Of a DNA stretch of 64,000 bases, positions 9,728 through 19,689 are shown piece by piece; position 1 is the stretch's first letter; each line of letters begins with the position of its first letter. The DNA lies in contig OZ241841.1 of assembly GCA_965202665.1 (NCBI GenBank), positions 1,568,001 to 1,632,000 of the forward strand. The letters run 5' to 3'. The position numbers were made by a program, and so were the translations under genes. The stretch comes from Candidatus Spongiisociaceae bacterium. Lineage in GTDB: Bacteria > Actinomycetota > Acidimicrobiia > Spongiisociales > Spongiisociaceae. Below the pieces are notes generated by a model. That model saw only the letters and a list, made by a program, of their open reading frames with translations. It did not search any database and had not been told where the DNA came from.

Positions 9728-11407
9728 GTGGTGAACGATGTGCGGGGCGGGGCTTATCGTACCGCGGCCGCGGTTTTGGGGGCGCTGGCCGAGTTGGGAA
9801 TGAGGACGGTGTTCGTCTCGCCCGGTTCCCGTTCGGCTCCCCTGGCGGCCTCCGCCGATGCTATGGCCGGTTTGGATGTCCGTATGATGTTGGACGAGCG
9901 TTGCGCCGGGTTCGCCGCTTTGGGGACGGCCGCCGCCTCCGGGCGGATGACCGGGCTGATCTGCACCTCCGGTTCGGCGGGGGCCCATTACCTGCCGGCC
10001 GCGGTGGAAGCCAACCGGGCCCGTATCCCCCTGGCTCTTCTAACCGCCGACCGCCCCCCCGGTTTTTTGGAACGGGACGCCCCGCAGACCATCGACCAAT
10101 CCAACCTGTTCGGAGCGCAGGTGCGGTCCTTCCTCGGCCTGCCCGTAGCCCACGAGGCGGAGCCGGGGGAGGCGGCCCGTCTGGTCTATGAGGCGGCCCG
10201 GGCCGGGTTGCCGCCCAACGCCGGGCCGGTGCACGTCAACCTGCCGTTCGCCAAGCCTTTGGAGCCGCCGCCCGAATGGGCGCCCGCCCCCCGCCCCGCC
10301 GGGGACGGAGAACCGCCGGAGGAGCCGGCCCCGCCCGCTCCGGAGTCGGTGGAGAAGATGCGCCGCTTCGCCGGGGAGGGGCGGCGGGGGCTGGTGGTAG
10401 CCGGGCCGAGGAGAGTCGGGCTGGCGGAGCGGGCCGCCCTGGCGGCGTGGGCGGCGGCGGCCGGATGGCCGATAGCGGCCGACCCGCTGTCCGGGTTGCG
10501 CACCGGCCCTTGCCCGCAGGTGATTTCCACCGGGGAGATGCTGGCGGGCGATGACCGGTTCGCCGCCGCCCACCGCCCGCAGGCCGTGTTGCGGGTGGGC
10601 GGAATCCCCACCGGCCGCCGCACCCAGCAGTGGCTGGAATCTTTGGAATGCCCGCAGTTGATACTCGATCCCGACCGGTGGTGGACCGCCCCCGGCCCGC
10701 AGACGGTGTTGCGGGACCCCCTGCCCGGTTTGCTGGCCGGGGCGCCGGCGGGGGCGGCGGACGGGGCTTGGGGGGAGGCTTGGCGGGAAGCCGACCGGGA
10801 AGCTTCCGTCCGCAGGCGGGAGGAGCGGCGGTCGCATCCGGATACGGAACCGGCCTTGGCGGCGGCGGTTCTGGAAAGGTCGGAGACGGTGTGGGTTGGG
10901 GGGAGTATGCCGGTCCGTCACTTGGATCTGATGATGGAAGCCGGCTCAGGGACGGCGGTGATGGGCGCCCGGGGGGCGTGCGGCATCGACGGCTCCGTCG
11001 CCGCCGCCGCCGGGGCCTCCTTGGGGACGGGAAAGCGGGTGACGGCCCTGATGGGCGACCTGGCTTTTCTGCATGATTTGGGTTCCCTTCCGGCGGCCGC
11101 CCGCATGGGGGCGGAGTTGACGGTGGCGGTGTTGGATAACGGGGGCGGGGCCATCTTCGGCATGTTGCCCATCGCCCGCTCCCCGGGAGTGGATTTGGAG
11201 CGGTTGTTCACTTTTCCCCATCATTTGGATTTGACGGAGGCCGCCTCCGGGCTGGGGGCGCGGGTGAGGCGGGCCGGAACGCTTGATATGCCGGGGGTTT
11301 TGGCGCAGGCGGCGGAGGAGGGCGGGACGTGGGTGGTGGTGGCGGAAACCGATCCCGGCCAGATGCGAGCCGTCTACCAACGACTGACCGGGGGTTGGCG
11401 GGAATAA
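9728..11407 (+). CDS. menD: SEPHCHC synthase (ThDP-dependent)
   Basis: SPGSRSAPL, DERCAGF, TADRP, RGACGIDG, GDLAFLHD, DNGGGAIF; GTG start after GGAGG. Confidence 0.94.
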   Translation: MVNDVRGGAYRTAAAVLGALAELGMRTVFVSPGSRSAPLAASADAMAGLDVRMMLDERCAGFAALGTAAASGRMTGLICTSGSAGAHYLPAAVEANRARIPLALLTADRPPGFLERDAPQTIDQSNLFGAQVRSFLGLPVAHEAEPGEAARLVYEAARAGLPPNAGPVHVNLPFAKPLEPPPEWAPAPRPAGDGEPPEEPAPPAPESVEKMRRFAGEGRRGLVVAGPRRVGLAERAALAAWAAAAGWPIAADPLSGLRTGPCPQVISTGEMLAGDDRFAAAHRPQAVLRVGGIPTGRRTQQWLESLECPQLILDPDRWWTAPGPQTVLRDPLPGLLAGAPAGAADGAWGEAWREADREASVRRREERRSHPDTEPALAAAVLERSETVWVGGSMPVRHLDLMMEAGSGTAVMGARGACGIDGSVAAAAGASLGTGKRVTALMGDLAFLHDLGSLPAAARMGAELTVAVLDNGGGAIFGMLPIARSPGVDLERLFTFPHHLDLTEAASGLGARVRRAGTLDMPGVLAQAAEEGGTWVVVAETDPGQMRAVYQRLTGGWRE

Positions 11408-11483
11408 GGCGGCGGCGGACCTAAGAAATCCCTATCATCCAGGGGTTTTTTTATCCCCGAATGGGCGGGCTGGGGGGATTTAC

Positions 11484-11512
11484 TTGACAAATTAGGGGGG
11501 GGGGGGTAGCGT
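11484..11512 (+). promoter_or_regulatory. Sigma70-type promoter with poly-G spacer (copy 1: G12, 17-bp spacer)
   Basis: TTGACA-AATTA-G12-TAGCGT. Confidence 0.8.
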
Positions 11513-11598
11513 TTTTCCCTGTTGGGCTTTACGGCGTGTGAGGTTGCCCGCCCGATGGCCTGCGTGGTTAAAGAAAATCCTGAGGAAGGAGGATGTAA

Positions 11599-14500
11599 AT
11601 GTCGGTTCGCGTGTCGGGGAAGGTTTGGCTTATAGGATTGTTGGTGTTGGGTTTGACGGCGAGTTTGCTGGGTGCGGCTCCGCCGGGTGCGGTGGGGACG
11701 CATGGGGATGATGCGGATGTGGATTATGAGCCATCGTATTCGGCCTGCGTGGGGGCGGCGACGGAGTCTTTCGGGTTTGAGGACACGGAAGGATCGTTCG
11801 CGGAGGAGGCTATCAATTGTTTGGCGCATTATGGGATCACCACCGGCCGGTCGGCGACGATGTTCGCTCCCAACGATTCGGTGTTGCGGTGGCAGATGGC
11901 CCTGTTTTTGGCGAGGGCGGCCGCGGCGGCGGGGATCGTGTTGGCGAACCCGGCTACCGATCAGGGTTTCACGGATGTTGGGGGAGTGTCGGGGGAGGCC
12001 CGTAACGCTATCAACGGTTTAGCGGCGGCGGGGATTATGCCCGGCACGTCGCAGACGACGTTTAGTCCGAATAGTTCGGTGACGCGTGGTTCCATGGCTG
12101 TGTTGTTGGATGCTTTCCTGGCGCGGGCGACGTTGGGGGCGGGGGCGTTTGGGGGTGAGATTGAGAAGCATTCGGATATAGAGGTGGATAATTTCAATGT
12201 GTTTAGCGATATTGATGGGGTGTCGTTGAATACGTATAATGCGATTTATCGTATTTATGAGGTGGGGGTGACGCAGGGGGTGGGTGATCATCAGTTCGGT
12301 CCGGGTCGTAACGTGACAAGGGCGCAGATGGCGGCCTTCATCACCCGGGCCTTTGCGCACACCGTAGCCCGTCCGGCCGGGGTGTCTATTCAGGCGGAGA
12401 AAGATTCGGTGTTGGGGGAGTCGTCGGTGCAACTTATTGTGTCGGTGCGGGATGCGATGTTTCAGCCGGTGGTGGATGCGTCGGTGGATGTGTTCCGTTC
12501 CACCGACCCTGACAACGCTCTGAAGGACGACGGGACTTGCGATACAGCCAGTGTTAGTCAGGTGGCTGGTATTGGCCGGGCGGCGTGTGAGGTGGATACG
12601 GGGGATGAAACAACGGACGCGGCGGGGGATGTTACCGCGTTGCAGTTGCAGGTGTCGGATGCGGATGTGACGGTGTGGGCGTGGACCGGGGACCGGGCTG
12701 ACAAGTTTGATTCCGATGACACCACCGCCGCCCAGCTGACCGTCGGTTTCTCCAAGGCGGCCAGCCAGTTGCTGGTGACCGACAATTTGGAGGAGGGGCA
12801 GACCCATCTGCAGTTTGGGGAAACAGCCACGCTGACGGTGCAGGTGGCTAATGAGGATGATGAGCCGGTGGCGGAGAAGGATGTGGGGGTGAAGGTCGCC
12901 CAGGTTACCACTCCGGATGTGAGCAAGACGACGGAAACTAACTCGTCAACCAACACCTATACCACTGATGCGTCGGGCAAGTTTCAGTTGTCGTTTACCC
13001 AGACCGATCCCAGTTCCGGTGATGATGAGGACGCAACGGTGGTGGTTACTTTGAGCGAACCGTCCTCTTATACACTCCAGGATGAAGACGGCGAGGCATT
13101 CGCCTCCAAAACCTACACTTGGTCCGACGAGGCGGGGGTTCCGGCCAAGTTGGTGTTGGAAACGCGGCAGGAGTACGCCGAAGCGTCCGATGAGGGCCGG
13201 GGGGCGGTGGCGGCGGTTACCGCCACTTTGACCGACCAGTTCGGCAACCCGGTGCGCGGCCAGCGAATCCACTTCTGGTCCGACGACCCAGCCGGAGTGG
13301 GCCAGAAATCGGACGATATTGCTCTGGAATGGGTGCGGAACGCAATCACTTTGGCCGCCACCGGTACTGTTAATTCGGCCAACGTCCAGTGGCGGCGAGT
13401 GGGTTTCCGCATTTTGCGGAATTTGATGCCCCAGGTTACTTACACCCGTACCACCAACCGGTCGGGTGCGGCCACATTGTCCTACAGCCGGGATGCGACG
13501 GGGGGCGTGATCGAGACGATCCGGGCCCGGTTGGTGCGGGGTGAGGACGACGCCACCACGAGGAGCGAGAGGTGGCCGTGGAGCCGCGCCAGCGAAGCGG
13601 AGGATCCCCGAGACCTGGTGAGCGAGAGGGCGACCTTTTATTGGGCCGAAGAGTTGGACGACGACGATTCGGCGAAAGGCCGGATTTTGGTGAAAGACGC
13701 CGATGCCCGCCGGCTGGTGTTCGGAGCTGATGACGGCCGGGTGAGAATGATCACCTACGACGGCAACGACCAGTTCCGAACGAACGGGACCCCAATCGTG
13801 ATGTCCGAGTTCGAAAAGTATCTGAAAGGCACCGCCGCTCATATCATCATCAACGAATATTCCGATACTGCGAGCGACGTCAGTTCGTTCGACACGACGG
13901 CGGAATGGCCGCAGGTGGATATGAGCAAGATTCCGGTGCCGCAGGCATCGGGACGGACGGTGGAGGCCGTTGGCAACGGCATGGTCATTTTAGCGGCCGA
14001 CGGCGGCGCTATCGTGGTCGGTTCTTTCTGGGAGAACAACTACGCCGGTGCGGTGTATGTCTTCGACGGGGTGGACGATGACGCCCCTCAGAAGTTGACC
14101 GCCCCCACTCCGCAACCCACCACTTTCACCGATAGCCATGTCACTAACCATTGGTATAACAAGCCGTGGGAATTCAACCTGCCGACTTCGGGAGGGCATT
14201 TCGGCTATGCGGTGGACATCCGGGGCGACACTATCGTGGTGGGCGAACCGGGCCGCCTCAGCACCCATACGATCAACAAAGGAACCTCCGACCCTCGGAC
14301 TGGGGTGGCAACCGACGGAGCGGTTTACGTTTACACCAAGAACGCTTCCGGCACCTGGGAGTTGGACGCCACGTTGACGTTGGCGGACTTCGTGGGCTCG
14401 GAGAACGGCCGGATCACCGGCGGTTGGGACGCGGGAATGGAGCTGGGCCGGTCAGTGGTGGTTTCCGAAGATGAAACCACCATCGCCGCCTCCGCACCCC

Positions 14501-15447
14501 GGTTTTTAACTAACCAGAACAGCCGACGAATGGGCGGGGTGCACATTTTCAAACGGCCCGATCAAACTGGCCGGAACACGGCAACCATCGGCAAATGGGA
14601 TGATGCTACGGGGGCCGCAACCTCCCGACTGGATGTGTCTACCAATTATATAAACACCAATAAAAACAGCGGAAACCGGACCTTGGCCCGCGATAGGGAG
14701 TTGGCTATTTCTCGAGATGGAAGCACGGTGGTAGTGGGCAACAGCTGGTTTAGCCGGGTGTTGGATAATGTGAAACATGATTGGGTGGGAGGGGCGTTTA
14801 TCTACACCGCCCCATCCGGCGGATGGGTAGCCGCCGCGCAATATGAGGAAGACACCGTCTTGCAGTCCCCCACCCCCTACTCCGGGGAGAGAATGGCCGT
14901 GTCGCTGGGGGTGTCCGCTGATGGAAGCACGGTGGTGGTGTCGGCTCACTTCCGGCCCGAGTTGATGCGACAAGGCAAGGTGCTGATCTACGAGAGGCCC
15001 GACCAGAGCGGCCGTTCCGCGGGCGACAAATGGGGCGACGCCGACAACCTGATGGACCCCAGCGCCGTTTTGACGCATCCTTTGGAGCATCCGGATAAGC
15101 CCGACGGTTGCTTGGCTTCGGCCGGTCCGGTGCTGGGATGCAACATTGGGGAGACTTTCGGACAATGGGTGGACATCAACGATGCCGGCGACCGTATTCT
15201 GGCCGCCCACCCCGCCCGTACCGAAGGCCGCTATCTGGGTTCCACGCGTCTCTTCACCGAGCCGGCGGGCGGCTGGTCGACGGTCACCGCCGACAACCAG
15301 CCCTCTTCGGTGGAGTTCTTAGGGGCGGACCCCGGGGCTTTCGCGGGATGGCGAAACCATTTCGATCAAGACACCGGCGACATCTACATGATGGATTCCG
15401 ATCCCGACGCCAATGGCGCCGTCCGCGCCTACAAAATAACGCCTTAG
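11599..15447 (+). CDS. Large surface protein, paralogue 1: signal peptide, 3 SLH domains, Ig-like domains, FG-GAP-like propeller repeats
   Basis: SLH motifs (FAPNDSVLRWQMA, FSPNSSVTRGSMA, FGPGRNVTRAQMA); FGYAVDIRGDTIVVG/GAVYVY repeats; GGAGG SD. Confidence 0.9.
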   Translation: MSVRVSGKVWLIGLLVLGLTASLLGAAPPGAVGTHGDDADVDYEPSYSACVGAATESFGFEDTEGSFAEEAINCLAHYGITTGRSATMFAPNDSVLRWQMALFLARAAAAAGIVLANPATDQGFTDVGGVSGEARNAINGLAAAGIMPGTSQTTFSPNSSVTRGSMAVLLDAFLARATLGAGAFGGEIEKHSDIEVDNFNVFSDIDGVSLNTYNAIYRIYEVGVTQGVGDHQFGPGRNVTRAQMAAFITRAFAHTVARPAGVSIQAEKDSVLGESSVQLIVSVRDAMFQPVVDASVDVFRSTDPDNALKDDGTCDTASVSQVAGIGRAACEVDTGDETTDAAGDVTALQLQVSDADVTVWAWTGDRADKFDSDDTTAAQLTVGFSKAASQLLVTDNLEEGQTHLQFGETATLTVQVANEDDEPVAEKDVGVKVAQVTTPDVSKTTETNSSTNTYTTDASGKFQLSFTQTDPSSGDDEDATVVVTLSEPSSYTLQDEDGEAFASKTYTWSDEAGVPAKLVLETRQEYAEASDEGRGAVAAVTATLTDQFGNPVRGQRIHFWSDDPAGVGQKSDDIALEWVRNAITLAATGTVNSANVQWRRVGFRILRNLMPQVTYTRTTNRSGAATLSYSRDATGGVIETIRARLVRGEDDATTRSERWPWSRASEAEDPRDLVSERATFYWAEELDDDDSAKGRILVKDADARRLVFGADDGRVRMITYDGNDQFRTNGTPIVMSEFEKYLKGTAAHIIINEYSDTASDVSSFDTTAEWPQVDMSKIPVPQASGRTVEAVGNGMVILAADGGAIVVGSFWENNYAGAVYVFDGVDDDAPQKLTAPTPQPTTFTDSHVTNHWYNKPWEFNLPTSGGHFGYAVDIRGDTIVVGEPGRLSTHTINKGTSDPRTGVATDGAVYVYTKNASGTWELDATLTLADFVGSENGRITGGWDAGMELGRSVVVSEDETTIAASAPRFLTNQNSRRMGGVHIFKRPDQTGRNTATIGKWDDATGAATSRLDVSTNYINTNKNSGNRTLARDRELAISRDGSTVVVGNSWFSRVLDNVKHDWVGGAFIYTAPSGGWVAAAQYEEDTVLQSPTPYSGERMAVSLGVSADGSTVVVSAHFRPELMRQGKVLIYERPDQSGRSAGDKWGDADNLMDPSAVLTHPLEHPDKPDGCLASAGPVLGCNIGETFGQWVDINDAGDRILAAHPARTEGRYLGSTRLFTEPAGGWSTVTADNQPSSVEFLGADPGAFAGWRNHFDQDTGDIYMMDSDPDANGAVRAYKITP

Positions 15448-15469
15448 TCGCTTCACGCAACCCAACACG

Positions 15470-15510
15470 ACAGGAAACCCCCCGCACCGAAGCGGGGGGC
15501 TTTCCTGTTT
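15470..15510 (+). terminator. Intrinsic terminator
   Basis: ACAGGAAACCCCCCGC-ACCGAA-GCGGGGGGCTTTCCTGTTT hairpin. Confidence 0.8.
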
Positions 15511-15552
15511 AAACCAAACTTCAGGGGATGGGGGCGGGTTGGAGGGATTGAC

Positions 15553-15579
15553 TTGACAAATTGGGGGGGGGGGTAGCGT
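15553..15579 (+). promoter_or_regulatory. Sigma70-type promoter with poly-G spacer (copy 2: G11, 15-bp spacer)
   Basis: TTGACA-AATT-G11-TAGCGT. Confidence 0.75.
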
Positions 15580-15665
15580 TTTAGTCTGTTGGGCTTTACG
15601 GCGTGTGAGGTTGCCCGCTGAGTGGTCTGCGTAGTTAACGAAAAATCCTGGATTCGGAAGGAGGA

Positions 15666-18600
15666 ATGATAATGGCGGCTCGTGTGTTGGGTAGGGTTTG
15701 GCTTGTAGGATTGTTGGTGTTGGGTCTGGTGGCCAGTTTGTTGGGTGCGGCTCCGCCGGGTGCGGTGGGGACGCATGGGGATGATGCGGATGTGGATTAT
15801 GAGCCGTCGTATTCGGCCTGTGTGGGGGCGGCGACGGAGTCTTTCGGGTTTGAGGACACGGAAGGGTCGTTCGCGGAGGGGGCGATTGATTGTTTGGCGC
15901 ATTATGGGATAACGACCGGTCGGTCGGCGACGATGTTTGCTCCCAATGATTCGGTGTTGCGGTGGCAGATGGCCCTGTTTTTGGCGAGGGCGGCCGCGGC
16001 GGCGGGGATCGTGTTGGCGAATCCGGCTGCTGATCAGGGGTTTACGGATGTGGGGGCGGTGTCGGGGGAGGCCCGTAACGCTATCAACGGTTTAGCGGCG
16101 GCGGGAATCATGCCCGGCATGTCGCAGACGACGTTTAGTCCGAATAGTTCGGTGACGCGTGGTTCCATGGCTGTGTTGTTGGACGCTTTCCTGGCGCGGG
16201 CGACTCCGGGGGCGGGGGCGTTTGGGGGTGAGATTGAGAAGTATTCGGATGTGATGGTGGATAGTTCCGATGTTTTCAATGATATTAGTGGGGTGTCGTT
16301 GAATACTTATAATGCGATTTATCGTATTTATGAGGTGGGGGTGACGCAGGGGGTGGGGGATCATCAGTTCGGGCCGGGTCGTAATGTGACGCGGGCGCAG
16401 ATGGCGGCGTTTATCACGAGGGCGTTTGCGCATACGGTGGCTCGTCCGGCGGGGGTGTCGATTCAGGCGGAGCGGGATTCGGTGTTGGGGGAGTCGTCGG
16501 TGCAGTTGATTGTGTCGGTGCGGGATGCGATGTTTCAGCCGGTGGTGGATGCGTCGGTGGATGTGTTCCGTTCCACCGATCCCGACAACGCTTTGAAGGA
16601 CGACGGCACATGCGATACAGCTAGTGTTGGTCAGGTGGCTGGTATTGGCAGGGCGGCGTGTGAGGTGGATACGGGGGATGAGACGACTGATGCGGCGGGG
16701 GACGTTACCGCGTTGCAGTTGCAGGTGTCGGATGCGGATGTGACGGTGTGGGCGTGGACCGGGGACCGGGATGACAAGTTCGATTCCGACGACACGGCTT
16801 CGGCGCAGTTGACCGTCGGTTTCTCTAAGGCGGCCAGCCAGTTGTTGGTGACCGACAATTTGGAGGAGGGGCAGACCCATTTGCAGTTCGGGGAAACGGC
16901 TACGTTGACGGTGCAGGTGGCTAATGAGGATGATGAGCCGGTGGCGGAGAAGGGGGTGGGGGTGAAGGTCGCCCAGGTTACCACTCCCGATGTGAGCAAG
17001 ACGACGGAGACCAACTCGTCCACCAATACCTATACCACTGACGCGTCGGGCAAGTTTCAGTTGTCGTTCACCCTGACCGATCCCAGCTCCGGCGACGATG
17101 AGGACGCGACGGTGGCGGTTACTTTGAGCGAACCGTCCTCTTATTCCCTCCAAGACGAAGACGGCACCGCATTCTCCTCCAAGACCTACACTTGGTCCGA
17201 TGATGTGGGGGTTCCGGCCAAGTTGGTGTTGGAAACGCAGAATATGTGGGCCGAGGCGTCGGATGAGGGCCGGGGGGCGGTAGCGGCGGTTACCGCCACT
17301 TTGACCGACCAGTTCGGCAACCCGGTACGGGGACAGCGAATCCACTTTTGGTCCGACGACCCAGCCGGGGTAAGTGAGAAATCTGAAGATGCCCTGTTGG
17401 CCAGGGTGCGGACCACCGCCACCAGCGGCAGCCAAAATTCCCACAAGGATTTTCACTTCACCGTGTTGCATGATTTGATCGGCGAGGCTCAGTACGCGCG
17501 TACTACCAACCGGGCGGGTAGGGCTGTATTGACCTACAACCGGGATGCGACGGCGGGTGTCATTGAGACGGTGCGGGCCCGAATAATACGGGGAGCGGAC
17601 GACGCCAAAAGAGTAAGCGACGACGACCCTGATCTGTTGAGCGAGAAAGTGTCTTTCTTTTGGGCTGAAGAGTTGGACGACGACGATTCGGATTCTGGTC
17701 GAATTTTGGTGAAGGAGGCGGACGCCCGGCGGGTGGTGTTTGCGGCCCAGGATGGCCGGGTGAGAATGATCACCTACGATGGCAACGACCAGTTCCGGCG
17801 GGCGGGCGTTCCGATAACGAGTGCGGATTTTGAAAAATATCTGAAAGACACCGCCGCCCATATTACGGTCAACATTTATTCCGACACCGCAGGCGGCGTC
17901 AGTTCGTTTGACGCGACGGCGGAATGGCCGTCTACCGATCTGACCGAAATTCCGGTTCCGACGGCGTTGGGTCAGACCGCCACCGAACTCCACAACGGAA
18001 TGATTCATTACGCGGTAGATAGTGACACGATCGTGGTTGGTTCTTTCATGGATAACAACTACGCCGGCGCGGTATACGTTTACGACGGGGTGGACGATGA
18101 AACACCCCAGAAGTTGACCGCTCCCACCCCGCAACCCACCACTTTCACTGGGGATTGGCGTACCGCTGCTTGGAACCTCAAGCCGTGGTCTCTCAACCTG
18201 GCGATTTCGGGAGGGCAGTTCGGCTATGCGGTGGATATCCGGGGCGATACCATCGTGGTGGGAGAGCCCGGTCGTTTGAGCAACAGTGTTATAGCCGCTT
18301 CCCGCGTTCGTAATGGAGTCACCCAGGCTAGCATCCGGAATGGGCGGGCGGCCGACGGCGCGGTTTACGTTTACACCAAGAACAGTTCCGGAACCTGGGA
18401 GTTGGACGCCACTTTGACGGCCAACGGCTCCACTTTGCGCGGGGGGCGGATACCGTTGAACGACTGGGGGGCGAGAGGGTTTCAGATGGGCAGGGCGGTG
18501 GCGGTCTCCGGCGACGAAACCCACATTGCCGCTAGCACTCCCGGCTTCCTAACCGTCCAAAGGCGGATAGGCGGGGCCTTCGTGTTTGAACGGCCCGACC

Positions 18601-19463
18601 AAACCGGACGGAACACGGCAACCAACGGCAAATGGGACGATGATAACGGAGCCAACTCGGACCGCTTTGAGCCGGGAGCCGACAACGTGAACCAAAACCA
18701 AAATCGTTGGAGCGAGCTTTTCGGGGCGGACCGGGAGTTGGCGATCTCGAACAACGGGCTGACGGTGGTGGTGGGGGCCCACTACTTCAACCGAACAGTG
18801 GAGGGGGTGCGATACACCTGGGGAGGAGGGGCGTATATCTTCACCAGCGCTGACTGGAATGACGGCACGGCAAACATTTATGAACAGGACGCCGTCCTGA
18901 ACTCCCCCAACCCGTACACGTCTGAGGGGTTTGGGGCGTCGGTGGCGGTGGACGACGACGGGTCGACGGTGGTGGTTTCCGCCAACTTCCGTCCCAACAT
19001 GTTACGACGGGGCAAAGCCCTGATCTTCGAACGTCCCGACCAGTCCGGACGTTCCGCCAACAACCAATGGGAGAACGAGATGAATCCCACCGCTGTCCTC
19101 ACGGCCCCGGATCATCCAGACGCGCCTGATAATTGCACGGCCGCAGCCGGCCCGGTGCTGGGATGCAACATCGGAGAGGTGTTCGGACAGTGGGTGGACA
19201 TCACCGGCGACGGCGGGAAAATCTTAGCCTCCCGGGGTTTCCGGACCGAGGGCGCCCTGCGGGGTTCAAGCCTTATCTTCACCGAACCGGCCGGCGGTTG
19301 GTCGACGGTCACCGCCGACCGGCAACCCTCCAATGTGGAATATCTGGGCTCCGAACTGGAATCGCTACTTGGATGGCGCAACCATTTCGACCAAGCCAAC
19401 GGCAAGTTTTACGTCTATGAGGAACCCGAGGGCGGGATACTCATATACCAGATAACGCCTTAG
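15666..19463 (+). CDS. Large SLH/Ig/FG-GAP surface protein, paralogue 2
   Basis: N-terminal ~570 aa nearly identical to paralogue 1; same architecture. Confidence 0.9.
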   Translation: MIMAARVLGRVWLVGLLVLGLVASLLGAAPPGAVGTHGDDADVDYEPSYSACVGAATESFGFEDTEGSFAEGAIDCLAHYGITTGRSATMFAPNDSVLRWQMALFLARAAAAAGIVLANPAADQGFTDVGAVSGEARNAINGLAAAGIMPGMSQTTFSPNSSVTRGSMAVLLDAFLARATPGAGAFGGEIEKYSDVMVDSSDVFNDISGVSLNTYNAIYRIYEVGVTQGVGDHQFGPGRNVTRAQMAAFITRAFAHTVARPAGVSIQAERDSVLGESSVQLIVSVRDAMFQPVVDASVDVFRSTDPDNALKDDGTCDTASVGQVAGIGRAACEVDTGDETTDAAGDVTALQLQVSDADVTVWAWTGDRDDKFDSDDTASAQLTVGFSKAASQLLVTDNLEEGQTHLQFGETATLTVQVANEDDEPVAEKGVGVKVAQVTTPDVSKTTETNSSTNTYTTDASGKFQLSFTLTDPSSGDDEDATVAVTLSEPSSYSLQDEDGTAFSSKTYTWSDDVGVPAKLVLETQNMWAEASDEGRGAVAAVTATLTDQFGNPVRGQRIHFWSDDPAGVSEKSEDALLARVRTTATSGSQNSHKDFHFTVLHDLIGEAQYARTTNRAGRAVLTYNRDATAGVIETVRARIIRGADDAKRVSDDDPDLLSEKVSFFWAEELDDDDSDSGRILVKEADARRVVFAAQDGRVRMITYDGNDQFRRAGVPITSADFEKYLKDTAAHITVNIYSDTAGGVSSFDATAEWPSTDLTEIPVPTALGQTATELHNGMIHYAVDSDTIVVGSFMDNNYAGAVYVYDGVDDETPQKLTAPTPQPTTFTGDWRTAAWNLKPWSLNLAISGGQFGYAVDIRGDTIVVGEPGRLSNSVIAASRVRNGVTQASIRNGRAADGAVYVYTKNSSGTWELDATLTANGSTLRGGRIPLNDWGARGFQMGRAVAVSGDETHIAASTPGFLTVQRRIGGAFVFERPDQTGRNTATNGKWDDDNGANSDRFEPGADNVNQNQNRWSELFGADRELAISNNGLTVVVGAHYFNRTVEGVRYTWGGGAYIFTSADWNDGTANIYEQDAVLNSPNPYTSEGFGASVAVDDDGSTVVVSANFRPNMLRRGKALIFERPDQSGRSANNQWENEMNPTAVLTAPDHPDAPDNCTAAAGPVLGCNIGEVFGQWVDITGDGGKILASRGFRTEGALRGSSLIFTEPAGGWSTVTADRQPSNVEYLGSELESLLGWRNHFDQANGKFYVYEEPEGGILIYQITP

Positions 19464-19485
19464 CCGCTTCACGCAACCCAACACG

Positions 19486-19525
19486 ACGGGAAGCCCCCCG
19501 CACCGAAGCGGGGGGCTTCCTGTTT
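19486..19525 (+). terminator. Intrinsic terminator
   Basis: GGAAGCCCCCCGC-ACCGAA-GCGGGGGGCTTCC-TGTTT. Confidence 0.8.
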
Positions 19526-19568
19526 ACCCCAAACTTCAGGGGATTGGGGCGGGTTGGGGCGGATTGAC

Positions 19569-19597
19569 TTGACAAATTAGGGGGGGGGGGGTAGCGT
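19569..19597 (+). promoter_or_regulatory. Sigma70-type promoter with poly-G spacer (copy 3: G12, 17-bp spacer)
   Basis: TTGACA-AATTA-G12-TAGCGT. Confidence 0.8.
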
Positions 19598-19689
19598 TTT
19601 GGACTGTTGGGCTTTACGGCGTGTGAGGTTGCCCGCTGAATGACCTGCGTAGTTAACAAAAAAATCCTGGATTCGGAAGGAGGATGTAA

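Noticed and set aside
16092-18524. 810-aa His/Arg-rich minus-strand ORF and similar long antisense ORFs elsewhere
   Set aside because: Shadow frames caused by high GC and codon bias in real genes on the opposite strand
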